Assembly (NCBI GenBank): GCA_965153355.1
Contig: OZ231126.1
Location: 17,732,001-17,796,000 of the forward strand
Direction of reading: 5' to 3'
Source of the DNA: Flaccisagitta enflata
Lineage: Eukaryota
DNA length: 64,000 nucleotides
The notes beneath the pieces are model-generated. The model ran no database searches, was not told where the DNA came from, and was given only the letters and a program-made list of their open reading frames with translations. The position numbers were made by a program, and so were the translations under genes. The stretch's first letter is position 1. Each line of letters begins with the position of its first letter. This document shows positions 1 through 13,699 of this stretch, piece after piece.

Positions 1-620
1 GAAGAAAGAAAAACAGACAGACAAGCAGATATTCATACAGACAGATCAAAAACTGAGAAGGAGAGAGAGAGCGAGAGAGAGAGAGAGAGAGAGAAAGTGA
101 GACAGAAAATCAATGAAAAGGCGCCGGATGAAGTCGAAACGAACAAAACGAAGAATTGTGTAATCCGAAGAAAAAGAAAAATATTCAATCACCCAAACCT
201 CGATGAGAAAAAGCGCTAAAGGAAAAATAAGACGAACGCCTAGTTGATATTTATATTTCCGCGGAAAATGTGCATTCATTTTCCTCAGATTCTCACATTT
301 ATACCCTTTTTGCCCAATTCCCTTCCGCTCTTCACTACACTCTTCCTTATTAACCTTCCCTCCCACTCCTTCTCTCAGATTGGCTTCGTCTCTCTTCTTT
401 TCTCCGTCGTTCCTATTTCTGCTATCGATGACTTTTTCTTTCTTTATACCCCTCGCCAAAAAAAAGCCCTTTTGAACCCGGGCCAGGGGAGAAATATCTA
501 GGGCTAGTTTGCGGATTCGTTTAAAAATCCTCTAGAACATTCCCGCCGAAACGAAAAACAAGTCGTTTAAAACTGAAAAGTGAGGTTTCGATTTTTGGTC
601 GCGTGCAAGCGATTATACAC

Positions 621-959
621 TAGGGTGACTGAAAGTATGGTCAAATCCGAATTTAGTGTTCCTTGCGGGAAAAATGTGTCCATTTCTACCACAGATGATG
701 AATCTAAAATCTGGTGATGATCAGATAAAATTTACTCATGACCGCCACCCAACCCCTTTTCCCATTATAAAACATAAAGATGGAATAAGACCAGAATCCT
801 TCCTATGCATTTTCTATGGGATATAATGGGAGTGGCGGTCATGAATAAACTTTATCTGATCATCACCAGATTTTAGGGTCATCATCTGTGATGGAAATGG
901 TCACATTTCTCCCGTGAGGAAGATGAGATACGAATTTGACCATACTTTTGGTCACCCTA
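621..959. mobile_element. hAT-like palindromic MITE
   Basis: Termini TAGGGTGAC...GTCACCCTA; imperfect inverted arms of ~130 bp; exact 8-bp TSD ttatacac (613-620, 960-967). Inserted just after a HINE-type 5' hairpin (ggtcgcgtgcaagcga). Confidence 0.9.
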
Positions 960-1247
960 TTATACACGCCACTTCTTTCGGCGGTTTGTCAATTGATATT
1001 TTTTGTCAAAATGATTGCGGTATGGCATTTGAAGCGATAGGAATGAGGAAAAACTTCAAAATTGGCCTTTTTGAGCATTTTAAACCTTTTCATGATGGAC
1101 AAACCAACCGAACGAACGACCGACGGAACGACCGACGGACGGACCTCTTGTAGAAGTACGAGGACGCACGTAAGAAGAAAAAAAAGAAAGAAACGAGAGC
1201 AAAACATTAAAACGAAAAGAAAATGAAAGAGAGAAATATAACTTATA

Positions 1248-1563
1248 CCGTATTTTTTCCATTTATCGCCCACCCTCCAATTAACGCCCCCCCCCTCTTT
1301 TTGCTCCTCTGAACAATGATTTGAGGGAAGATGAAGAAGCCAAATAATCATTGTTTTAATAGGGCTTGATTGGAAAACAAGCAAGAAATGTTGATTTGGC
1401 ACATTTAATCTTACATTTCTGATATTCTCTGAAGCATTTGATGTAAATAACAAAGGTTAAGAGAGTGTTTTTAAATCAAAAGGGCGCTAATTATAGGGTA
1501 AAATGATATTATTTTTTTTTTCAATTTCAAAAGCGCCCGGGGCGCTAATTAGAAAAAATACGG
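1248..1563. mobile_element. Tc1/mariner-pogo-like MITE, family copy 1
   Basis: TA|CCGTATTTTTTC...GAAAAAATACGG|TA; second copy at 19368-19698. Confidence 0.85.
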
Positions 1564-2581
1564 TAAGCAGAACGAGGAGAATTTAAACGGTTAGAAACGT
1601 GGAAATTGATTGAAAATTACGTGTCAATTGCAAATTAACCACGTCAATGCATTGTCAGAGAAGGCGAAGAAAAAAAGACTGCTGTCATGTTTGATACGTG
1701 TTTTGCGCGGGAGATTAATTTTTCTTTTCTTGAAGAAATACACGTCAATTTAATTCCGCAGTCCGATCCGGCCAAAGAATTGTCGTTTGTCAGATCTCTC
1801 TTCTTGTTGTTTTTTTTTTAAGCAATAAAGAAACGCATTTTTGACGAGTATTTTCAAAATGTATTTCCACAATAGGCGAATTTTCACTAGAAGCGCGCTC
1901 GAAAGAGCGCGATTCAGTCTTGTTCTAAAACGATGGGTTCTGTTGTCGGTCGACGACCTAGATTCAGCCAGAGTCAGAGAGAGGCGAGCCAGTAAACGTT
2001 TTGGATTTGTTTAGGCCATCATTCACTTTGTTCTGCGTCGTTGTCGTACCAAGGAGTAAAAATAGGTGAAAGGTTGTTTTCAGAGGCAATCTCTAAATTT
2101 CCACACTACATTGGTGGTCGGCAGGATCAGGAGGAGGCCGGAGGCAGCACGGGCGCAGAAATATGATTTGGAAATGTAGCTCTACCTAGGAAATAATTAT
2201 AGCATCAACTTCTACTTAAAAAAAACTACAGATTCAATTTTGAAAAACTAGAACTGATATGCGTAGTGACTAGTAAGTGAAGGTTCACAAGGCTCTCTTC
2301 ATGTGATTCAGTTTGGTTTTTGTGAGGGATATCGCTCTACAGCACTGGTCATTGCTCAATGAATGGTACATAGAACAACGCTTGGCACAATTCAAATCGC
2401 ATTGTCTTCAAAAGCAATATTGAAAACAGCGCACATTCAAAAAGGGCATGTTCGATAAGTTGAAATCTAAAATTTCTTGAAACGAAAAGATCGTTGCGTG
2501 TTATCCAGATGTGACGGTGAAAGTGGTCGGAGAACGGGAAAAAAAATCCCATCCGCATCGATCACTCGTTAAACGACTTTC

Positions 2582-2838
<257 letters not shown>

Positions 2839-3314
2839 TTGTCATATTCGAGTCACTTATGTAAATTAGATTGAGAACGGATGTTCGCTCGAGTGAGCGT
2901 GAGTAATTATCGGTATCTGGACTTTAACACCAGTTCGTTTGGAAACGAGTTTTTTTTTCTCTTAATTTTTTTTATCTTCAATTCTTGTACATAAGAAAAA
3001 CTACAGACCGACCGAACCTTCGATTCGAACTGTTTTTACTGTACGGATCACTCTCCCAGCTCCGTCACTGAATCCGGAGTCGTCAGTTATCAGTAGGTCA
3101 CCGAATTCAGTAGGTCAAAAAACCGAAGTTTGATTTTTTGTTTACTTTTCCTATCGAACATGCAAATTGGGACTCCAGAATTGCCCCCTGACATGAAAGA
3201 TGATTCCAATTCCACAACAAAACATGCATCTGCTCTTCCTTTTCCTAACGAATTTACATTGCTCATGCTTAATGCTTCCTTTACAAATGAGATCAATCCC
3301 TCCTTTCCTCTTCA

Positions 3315-3537
3315 AACAAGGCCAACATATAAGTCGCGTGCGAGACTTACAGAATGACTTAGAATGACTTAAAATGACTTAGTATACTCTAAAATGACTT
3401 AAAATGACTTAAGGGAATAAAATTGATAAAAAAAAGTGAAAGTGTGATGGACCGACAGACAGACCGGCCAACCAACCAACCAGACAGGACGGACAGACGA
3501 ACAAAGCGGGGTGTAAGTGCGTGCACGCGACCAAAAA
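3315..3537 (-). mobile_element. HINE-like element with a short (aatgacttaa)n core
   Basis: Plus strand reads aacaaggccaacatataagtcgcgtgcg ... GACV microsatellite ... gcgtgcacgcgaccaaaaa; same ends as 52841-54486. Confidence 0.75.
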
Positions 3538-3813
3538 AAAAAGGATGTAGCGATGCTTACACAACTAAATCCTTGACAGTGCAAATCAATTTCCTTTTAC
3601 AAAAATTTCTTCGGTCTTGTTTGTTGATTTAAGTCTGTCTGTGCCCCGTCTGTCCCTGTGTAGTGTGTGTGTGTTTGTGTGTGCGCGCTTGTGTGTGCGC
3701 GTAATGTGCGTGTGCATGTTTAGGGATTGTCTGAAAGTTAACCGCCTTCGGCAACCGAAGTCAGGCACTGCCTAATAATCAAAATCAAAATTATTTTGTT
3801 GTAACAAACACAA

Positions 3814-3854
<41 letters not shown>

Positions 3855-3881
3855 CAAAGCATATAGAAAAAAGACAGTGAA

Positions 3882-4063
3882 AACAAGGCCGGATACACGG
3901 CCACCAGTTGCGGCGGGTGGGCAGGGCGGATATGCGCGTTTTCCCACGACTCGATCACCTCTGCGGACCGACCAACAGCAACCAACCAACCAACCGGCCG
4001 ACCGACCGACCAACCGACGGACGGACAAAGCCTCTTATAGAGTTGCGTGTCCGCAACTAAAAA
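3882..4063 (-). mobile_element. HINE/DINE-1-like element
   Basis: aacaaggccggatacacggcc (3' hairpin), agttgcgg subterminal IR, (ccaa/ccga)n, agagttgcgtgtccgcaactaaaaa (5' hairpin plus T-run on the minus strand). Confidence 0.8.
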
Positions 4064-4532
4064 CAGGGAGAAAAAATATCGTTAAAACAGGTATAAATAT
4101 AAATGATTAAAAAAAAAATTATAAAAAAAAAAATCGTAAGAATATTATTTTTTCTTCATAGGTTGATTTCAAATAAAAAAATATATATTAAATTTTTTTA
4201 CAAAAATTAATGTTAGTAAACAATATTTCATTATATCTCCTGTTATGATTTAAAAAAGATTAAGAAATAAATTTTGTATGAAATTTGATTTGATTTTTTT
4301 TCTTTAATACAAAATATTCTTTTTACTTAATCTATCAACTTTTGATGAAAAAATGATATTCTTTGTATTTTTTCTTATGAGTTTTAGTTTTTTATCATTC
4401 ATATGTATACTTTTTTTATGATATTTTTTTTTATCTTTATTGTTTTTTTTTTCCATGTCTTTTTTGTTTCTCTTTCTTTCTTTCTTTCTTTTTTTCTCTC
4501 TTTCTCTTTCTCTTTCTCTTTCTCTTTCTTTT

Positions 4533-4565
<33 letters not shown>

Positions 4566-4800
4566 TTCTCTCTTTCTCTTGCATAAAGGAAAACATTTTG
4601 CTTGTTTTATTCAATATAATCAAACAAAGCCAGATACATGAAGCACTACTCTAGTTGCATACAGATAGGCAGGGACAGTGATGGGTAAAGTCACTGTGGC
4701 CTTTAGGTTGGAGCAGTGAGCTTAAAATGCTTACAAAGGAAAATGAGAACCAACTGACAAACAAAGCGAAGTAGCGTTATATATAACTAAAAAAAAGTAA

Positions 4801-4907
4801 CTTCGGTTTCTGACTTCGGTAAACTTCGGTTTCGGTTTCGGTCAGCTAGTCACTGTAAACTTCGGTTTCGGTTCGGCTTCGGTTTACCTACCTTCGGTCG
4901 ACCTCTA
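4801..4907. mobile_element. Solo end of a hAT-like element
   Basis: Repeated ttcggt subterminal motifs ending in ggtcgacctcta; no partner end seen. Confidence 0.5.
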
Positions 4908-5321
4908 AGAAAAACGCCGCTTCGTTCCGGTTCTACTTAACTAGAACAGGGTGGGATGGAACACGAATGCGAGCAGGAATGCGAACAACCAGGTTTAAAG
5001 CCATCAGGAAACAATCGACGCGGGATTACAACAATATCGTTGCGGTAGGGTGGTCAGGGGCATACGACCTCCATCCATACCATCCCCCACCCCATGCTCA
5101 CTGACACACAGACAATCATAACTGCAGCATCATAAACGCGCGTTTTAACACGATCAACACAGACCAACGGACCAACAAACCAACGGACCAACAGACCAAT
5201 AGACGGACAGACAAAGCCTCTTGTAAAGTTACGCGTTAGATGTATTTAATCTTGCAGAATCCTGTTTCCCAAGAAAATGAACTAAGCTATATCGGAGATT
5301 CTCTGAGTTGCCACATGCCAG

Positions 5322-5835
5322 TTGGGTGCTTCGCATAGAAAAAAATTTGATTTTCGTTTCGTCCCGCTATCCCAACATGGAGTGAAAAAAATTATGAAGA
5401 TGACCATTTTCCTTTTCTTAAAATTCCTTCATCTTCCGTTTTTGTTTTAGCCCTAAAGTTTCCTCAGGTTTCCCAGAATTCAGCAAAATCCTGTGTAATC
5501 TTGTTAAAAAGGACCAATTGTTAGTTTTAGAAAATCATGATATTTGTAAAAATAAATTAGAATATCAGAACATAGATTACGAAAGAGCTCGTGAAAAGGC
5601 AGATTAACAATTTTATAAAGAGTAAAAATTTGTAAAAGCTAATTCAAATAAGATCAGTATATTGTTTTATCCCACTGCAATATACAAATTAGGCTCTCAA
5701 AATCAATTTTTTAAAAAACGGAAGATGAACGATTTTTGATAAAAGAAAAATGGTAAGGGTCCTAAAATTGGCCACTCCACATTAGGTAAAGAGGATGAAA
5801 AGAAATAAGCAACTTTTGCTATGTGAAGCACCCAA
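5322..5835 (+). mobile_element. Non-autonomous DNA transposon with 9-bp TSD, copy 1
   Basis: TTGGGTGCTTCGCATAG...CTATGTGAAGCACCCAA; exact TSD acatgccag (5313-5321, 5836-5844); paralog at 32360-32866. Confidence 0.9.
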
Positions 5836-7087
5836 ACATGCCAGTGATTGTAAATGGGGGCCCCGATGGGTATATACAACAAAGCGTCGCAAACATGTTT
5901 TTAGTTAAGAGGCTTTGTCGGTCCGTACATTGGGAAACAATTGTTAGAGGTTTTCCGCCGAAACGATGTTGAATGACTAATATGATCATATATGATGACA
6001 GGTTTGTTTCTTTTTTCTTTTTTTTGTTTGTTTGTTTGTTTGTTTGTTTGTTTGTTTTTTTTTTGTTTTTTTTTTTTGTAGAAAAATTCGTGGACTTGTG
6101 CACGTTAGACAGTGCAACTTCCTGTGCTAGCAGTCTTTGAACAGTCACATGAGATACTTGTAATCAGTCATGTGACATTCGCAGTTGGTCACGTGATATT
6201 CGTAGTCAGTCACGTGCATAACTTGTCGATGTCACGTGACTGTAATACTCAAGGACGCACTTGAAACTAAATCTTCAAAGTTTATATTTCAAGTCAAGTT
6301 TAAGAAAGATAAAACTGAAGAAACAAGGTCGTCTTGTCCCACATATGCACATAACTTGTGGTCTAATCGAGGCCTCTTGTAGAGTCGCTATCATGACTCG
6401 CGCCCGTGCAGGCTAGGACGCACTCCTGGACGTTACTTGGAGATGCGAGAAAGAAAAAGGAATAGCGAAACACCTCGTGAGAAAAGAAAAACAAACTAGA
6501 AATAAAAGTTGCCATGACAGAATATTACTCACAGATAATTTGATTCGTTTTTCATCCGTAAAGAAATGATTAGTCATGATGATGTATACCGTCAGTGGAC
6601 CGTGGATTCAACCAGGAAATACGATAATTGGAGATTTGGAGTTACAGCTTGCAGTACTCATTCTCATTCTCCCCAAGCTAGGAAGGTAGATTTTTTGACT
6701 GTATTTTGATTTTTTGTAACGGTAAATCCTCAAATTCGTTTCAAACTGCATAACTGGTGAGTTGAGGAAAGGTTCCACGCAAAACCCTGTGAGACAAGGC
6801 CGGATACACGGATTCCTTAGTCTCAAGCCGGTTTGCAGGGGACTGGGCAGTGACAAACGAGGTGCACAAGGAAAATGTGACGGCCTACGGGCAGATGGAT
6901 GGACGGACCAACGGACGGACGTACAAAAAAATGGTTCGTAGATTTGCGACCAAAAAGACAAGGCTGAAACTTTCTCCAACATGAACGCGTCCAAAATGTG
7001 CTCAATTCTGATTTTTAGTCTCTACAACCCGCTTTGTCCGTCGGTCGGTCGGTCGGTCGGTTGGTCGGTCGGTCGGTCACACTTTAC

Positions 7088-7800
7088 TTTTTGGGCAGCG
7101 GCCCCGAAGAACCATTGACCTCTTTCACGTAAGGAAATTTCTCCTTCTCATGCTCTCCAGTGTACCCCACTCAGGAGGCCCAAATCCTAGCTGGCTCAAT
7201 CCCAGCCTTGGCTCAAATCCCAGCCTCAAGGCTCAAATCCTAGCTCAGAGGCTCAAATCCCGGCCAGGAGGCTCAAATCCTAGCCTGGAGGCTCAGATCC
7301 CAGCCTCGAGGATGTAATCCCAGCCTTGAGGCTCAAATCCCAGTCTTAGGGCTCGCTCCCAGCCTCGAGGTCAAGTCAGCCTCCCAGCTCGATCCCAGCA
7401 TTGAGCTCAATCAGCCTTGAGCCACAAATCCAGCCGAGGCTCAAATCCAGTCTTGAGGCTCATATCCCAGCTCAGGGATCAAATCCCAGCCTCCAGGCTC
7501 AAATCCCAGCATTGAGGCTCAAATCCCAGCCTTGAGGCAAATCCAGCAGGCTCAAATCCCAACAGCCTCAAGGCTCAAATCCAACCTCGAGGCTCAAATC
7601 CCAGCCTGGAGGGATCATATCCCCATATCCGAGCCCAAATCCCAGTCTTGAGGCTCAAATAATCTCGAGGCTCAAATCCCAGTCTTGAGGGCTCAAATTC
7701 CAGCCTTTAGGCCAAAATAAAAACAGCATAGGTCATCGGTCCCTTGGGGGCAGCCTTTCTAGCCTCTCACACCTGTTCACTCATGGGGCAACGGGTGCCT
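7088..7800 (+). mobile_element. HINE-like element carrying a ~21-bp minisatellite (gaggctcaaatcccagcctc/t)
   Basis: Starts ttttgggcagcggccccgaag; roughly 25 degenerate units at 7180-7715; ends with an inverted copy (ataggtcatcggtcccttggggg). Relatives near 23.9-24.3, 26.1, 27.3, 59.1-59.7 and 61.1-61.6 kb. Confidence 0.7.
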
Positions 7801-7959
7801 TGTTAATCTAACGCTTTTTATGATTTTACCAGTAATGGCGGCTGTCGCCGTGAGGAAAAAAGTCGTAAGCGTTGTTCACTTTTCACCAAGCTTTGCTTCA
7901 GTCACTGCAACTCTTTTTTTATTTATTAGATCAAATTGAAACAGTATGTATGTAATTAG

Positions 7960-8350
7960 TTGCACATTGAAAATCAGAAAAATAGGACTGAGCACCAAAT
8001 GAGCTAGATGAGCTAAGATATTAAAAATCACTAAACTAGACAACCAGCTATGCTCACTGACATGCTTTCTTATATTTGCATATCAGAAAAAAAAAGCAAG
8101 CTAAATGAGCTAAATGAGCTAGAATACTAAAAAACACCCTCACAGATGAGCAACTCTGCTCACTGACATGCTTTCTTGTATTTGCATGCTCAAACATGTA
8201 TCAACACATTTATTCATTTATCGCATTTTAAATCAGAAAAACAGACTGAGCTAAATGAGCTAAATGAGCTAAAATGCTCAAAAACACCCTCACAGATGAG
8301 CAGATATGCTCATAAACATATTTTCTTATTTTGCATTCAAACAAACATAA
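7960..8350. repeat. Three diverged ~110-150-bp tandem units
   Basis: Recurring aatcagaaaa...aaatgagctaaatgagcta...aaaaacaccctcacagatgagc...tgctcactgacatgctttct. Confidence 0.75.
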
Positions 8351-8921
8351 ACACACTCCTTATTGATCTATAAAATCATAAAAAATCTAAAAAAATTCAA
8401 TTCGCAATTTTCATAAATAAATCTTTAAAAATTCATAGCGCGAAAAATATTTGCCGTAGAGCATTCTGCTTGGCGCCAAATGAAAGAGAATTATCAAATT
8501 TACTTACCCTATCAATTTCATTGGAGGCACATTCGGCCGGAAGATGCTCAACTTAGCCAAGAAAATGAAAACGTTTCTCCTGAATATGTCAAAAAGTCGA
8601 AGACTGACTTCGACTTTTTTCCCGATTACTTTGACCTCCCTGCTCCTGCCCAAATGGTCTGGTAACCTCAAATATGGCCCCTGCCCACCCGCACGCGACT
8701 TTGGTAGCCGTGTATCCGGTCTTGTTTTCCCACCAAACTGCTTCGGTCACGTTAAGGTGCTTTTTGATCCTCACTTTACCCCGTCGGAAGAGAAATAGAT
8801 AAAACGAGAAAAAAATGAAGAAAAAAATCAGTGTCAACCGTGGAAGCTTACTTCTGATCGTTTGACAGGAAATGAAAGCCAAAAAAGAAAGGAGGAACAA
8901 GGGAAAGGAAGCCAACAGCTA

Positions 8922-9536
8922 TACTATCTTGGTCAAAATAAGAGTCCTCGCAATTGAATTTAGTTCTTAAACCTTGAATATTGATCGGAAAAACCTGTTT
9001 TCCTAAAGCAGAAGTTTATTTTAGTGTATTTCGGCACTAGATACTGCTTGTATAGTGATTTTTATATTGTCATATAGCAGCATTACTGATTTGCGGGTGA
9101 CAGGTTTCTTATCTCTTTTTTCTGTTTTTTCCACTTTGGTTTTATGATGAGGCTTGTACTAATTTTGTTGTAAAATCTAAACGATTTGAACAAATGAGCT
9201 CTGCTTTGTGGCAAATGAAAGCTTTTTTGAAGCTCTTTACAAGGGTCACCGATTTTTTTATGTTTCTATAATTTCTATGTTTAGAAAATATCCAAAAAAA
9301 GCTGCTGGAATTTCAAAAACAGAAATCAATGATTTTTACCTGAGAAATCAAAATGAATGATTTTACTCTTTCTGCTGTAAAAGCTAAACAAATTGAGCTA
9401 CAGAGGTCTGCTTGGTGGCATAAGATCGCATTTTTGCAGAGCTTTCTAATGGTCACCAATTTGTATATGTTTTTTTTTAATAATCTGGCCACATTGTAAG
9501 AAAAGAAGGCGGATTCTTAATTTGACCAAGATAGTA
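8922..9536. mobile_element. MITE with TACTA-type ends
   Basis: TACTATCTTGGTCAAAATAAGAGTCC...GGATTCTTAATTTGACCAAGATAGTA, flanked by ta/ta. Confidence 0.85.
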
Positions 9537-10427
9537 TATATAGAAGCGCCAATAGAATGACAGACAGAAATGAGTACAGTTTCTTTCCGAGCAGCATTTC
9601 CTCTGCATTTCCCCGACTTAGAATACGCCCTACTTGGTTGAAATGCCTGCCTCACAGCAACATCTAATCCATACATAGACGATGATAACTTAACTTGCGA
9701 GCCTCAATTGTCATGGACAGTGCACAGCACAAGTTCTGCGCGCAGGTCTGACCATAAGCTCACTGAGTCAAACTCAATAGGATGGCTCAAAAGTTTGAAT
9801 CATCACGGCGTTGCAAAGCTTTGTCGGCTTAGGTAACAATTGTTTGAACTTATCAGATACACGGAAAACAGTTTTCGAAACTGCTGAATACTTCATTATT
9901 TACAAATGCTATGTTTCCTTTATATCACGTGCTTAGTACATAACAATATTTAGATTCTTCGTTTGAAATCTAGTTGGCTATGTTTCATGTTTTTGCCTTT
10001 TAAAAAAGCAGGAAGCGTAGTTTTGCGTTATGCAAATACGTTTTTTAGAACTAAGAGCGCCGTTAAACACCTCACCAGTTTGGAAATATCTTCTTTGTTT
10101 ACTGTCTCGTTTCCTAAATATTCATATTCAACAACCTCAATTCTTTCTTCCGTGGCAACACTCTCCCCATACGCACACACACATGGACAGCCGGACGGAT
10201 ACACACACTCGCTCACAAAAAGCACACCTAAGTGGATGCCAAACGGACGTACGACCGGACAAAGTACAGTCTCTTTATATAGCTTAAACGTACAGAAGAA
10301 ATTTGGCGCATTTAAAAACTCAAAAATCGAGCCGAATCCAGTTGGAACAAGGAGGGAAGATTTGTACGCGCAAGGCGGAGCTGAAGGATAAGTATCAATT
10401 AAACAATATTCAAATGTCAGAGAAAAC

Positions 10428-10428
10428 G

Positions 10429-10525
<97 letters not shown>

Positions 10526-10675
10526 CGTTGTTGTCTTCTTCTTCCTCTTCTTCTTCTTCATCTTCTTCTTCTTCCTTTTCTTCTTCTTCTTCTTCTTCTT
10601 CTTCTTCTTCTTCTTCTTCTTCTTCTTCTTCTTCTTCTTCTTCTTCTTCTTCCTCTTCATCTTCATCTTCTTCTT
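10428..10675. repeat. Compound (GTT)n-(CTT)n microsatellite
   Basis: Direct reading. Confidence 0.95.
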
Positions 10676-10873
10676 GCTGTTCAAGTGTAAGAAAAAAAAA
10701 TTAACGATTGACGATTAACATCCTTCTTAGTTAGAGAAAAACCGTTATTTCTTTTAAGGCTTTCTTCTTATCGGCTTTTTCATATGCGTCATCGCATCTC
10801 TGTAAGAAGATCTTTCCATCGATCCATCAATCCTTCGGTCCGTGCGTCGGTTTGTCCGTTACATCTACTCAAA

Positions 10874-11010
10874 AACAAGGTTGGATACACGGCTGGAAAG
10901 TCGCGGACGGTTGGGCAGGCGCAGTAATGCAAAAACCACTCGCAATTTAGAGATGTTACGGACGGACGGACCGACACGGCAGCTTGTAGTCACGTGTCCG
11001 AGACCAAAAA
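10874..11010 (-). mobile_element. HINE-like element
   Basis: aacaaggttggatacacggc...agtcgcggac...ggacggacggac...gtcacgtgtccgagaccaaaaaaa. Confidence 0.7.
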
Positions 11011-11139
11011 AACGAGCAGAGGACGCATCGAATTGCCCGGCCCGAATGAGCTGGTTTCTTTTCCCTCTCGGAATCTTGCATAGGTTTCGCTTTTGCGACC
11101 GATAAGAATAATGAGATATGTAATACAACGTGGGAGAAG

Positions 11140-11320
<181 letters not shown>

Positions 11321-11559
11321 AAGCGGGCGAAACAAGTCAAACCTACAAGCTACAGACTGACAATCAGAGGCACGTGCAGTCGACGTTCTTTGCAGTTGCC
11401 TTCGCCACTACAAATTGTCGTGGTTGACAAGTGGAAAACGGTGACAATGATGACAGTGATGACAACGATGACAATGTGGACGCTAAGGATGTCAGTAAAA
11501 ATGATGCTACTGACGTCACTGGGGTATTCAAGAATCGCTGAATGGACATCAACATCTTC

Positions 11560-11616
<57 letters not shown>

Positions 11617-11903
11617 AAAGAACGTGGAAATTTCTTTAAGTAAGCGTTACTTTTTGCCACTGTTATCTTTGAGTGTCACGATAAAAATATTTCATTTAGA
11701 TGCAATGTTTATATGGGAAAAAAGTTTGCAATTGAATGAAATACTTTTGATTTATACAACTATTTTCTCAGATTACAATATTTTAAGCGACGATATTCGA
11801 AAATTGCTTTGTTGAAATACGGTTATATACATTCTAGAAAGTCACCCAATGCATATTTGGCGAAAGTCACACAATGCATATTTGCGCATTCTTTATGTGC
11901 ACG

Positions 11904-11954
<51 letters not shown>

Positions 11955-12192
11955 CTTCGAAAAGGGTTTTTGAAGGGGCGGTCGAATTCGTTCGATATAA
12001 TCTTTTTTTTCGTCCATCCGGTGGACGAAATGGAGATGCCATTTTTCGCCTGTTCGAAACAAAAAGTCGATACGATATAGGACAATGAGCGGCAATAATC
12101 GTGTACAATGGTGCCGATCAATTTCACTATCTTTTTTCTCTTCCTTATCCTCTTCCTCATAAACTGCCGCTCTCTCCCTTACCATTTCGTCA

Positions 12193-12318
<126 letters not shown>

Positions 12319-12398
12319 CGTCCTCTTCTCGAAAGACTGACCATTTCGCAACTCGAAAACCCTGCCCACACACAGACACACATACTCAGACACACTAT

Positions 12399-12446
<48 letters not shown>

Positions 12447-13143
12447 GCGCACATTCGCGTGACGCACACCACAGCAATATGCACCCGCGCGTCATCGCAT
12501 GTGCGTGTACAGAGAGACACTTTACAGCCATCGTATATCCCCCCCCCAATTGCATTTGGTGGCATTGTTATGTCCCTTTCCTTGGAAGTTGACGAAATTG
12601 AAAAGCGAAATTGCGCGAAAATCGTCTCGTTTTCTGTCTTTCTTGTAAGTAGAGACGTCAACGCTTCGGCGCCTCCTCGCATCTTAATACGGGGTTTATT
12701 CTCCTTAGAATTAAACGCCAATTCTGTAGACCTCACAGTCAGGGGCAGATACAGATTAATAGATTAATAGAAATCGCCAATGATGCTTGAAGAACACTTA
12801 GTCTCTCTCGTCTGAAAGTGTGACCATCCTCCCAAGGACGCATTGGGCTTGTTTCATCCGTTGTCAAGAAGCATCTTCGGTCTTCGATTCTTCAAAATCA
12901 ATTTCGATTTTTTTTCTTCTTTATTTTTTTCCCATTTTCTTTATTGTCCTTAGCTTAAGTGGTTCCACAGCCGCGCGCAATGCTTAGACCCGATGGTGAC
13001 AATTCGTTTAAAACTCTAATCGAATTGTGGCGTCTCTAGTCGATAAAAACTCTCCACTTGTCTGTCTGTCTCTGTCTCTGTCTCTGTCTCTGTCTCTGTC
13101 TCTGTCTCTGTCTCTGTCTCTGTCTCTCTCTTCCTCTCTCTTC

Positions 13144-13219
<76 letters not shown>

Positions 13220-13252
13220 GTCTCTGTCTCTGTCTCTCTGTCTCTGTCTCTG

Positions 13253-13361
<109 letters not shown>

Positions 13362-13643
13362 ACGAGAAATAAAGAAGATGGAAACGAAGAGAAAATCGAT
13401 TTCGTAATGGAACTACAGCTACAGTTGACGTTGTGTTGTGTTGTGTTGTGTTGTGTTGTGTTGTGTTGTGTTGTGTTGTGTTGTGTTGTGTTGTTGTGTT
13501 GTGTATAGACGTATACTGTATGAAAGCTTTAAGTCCAAACGACATCGACTAAAACACGAATAGAGGTTAAATGGAGCAGCGTAACAAACAAGTCCAGGCC
13601 ATCAATCGCGTACAGTGGGAGGGGTAGTGAGGCTGAGGTTCAT

Positions 13644-13699
<56 letters not shown>

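Noticed and set aside
3130..3357. ORF MQIGTPELPPDMKDDS... downstream of a long CT tract
   Set aside because: Short, no recognisable domain or splice donor, and it runs into a HINE.
6608..6610. In-frame TGA that, if read through, would open the whole candidate exon (selenocysteine idea)
   Set aside because: No selenoprotein motif or SECIS recognisable; a chance stop is simpler.
9560..9900. Coding-like composition, possible transposase remnant
   Set aside because: No sustained frame or motif I can identify.
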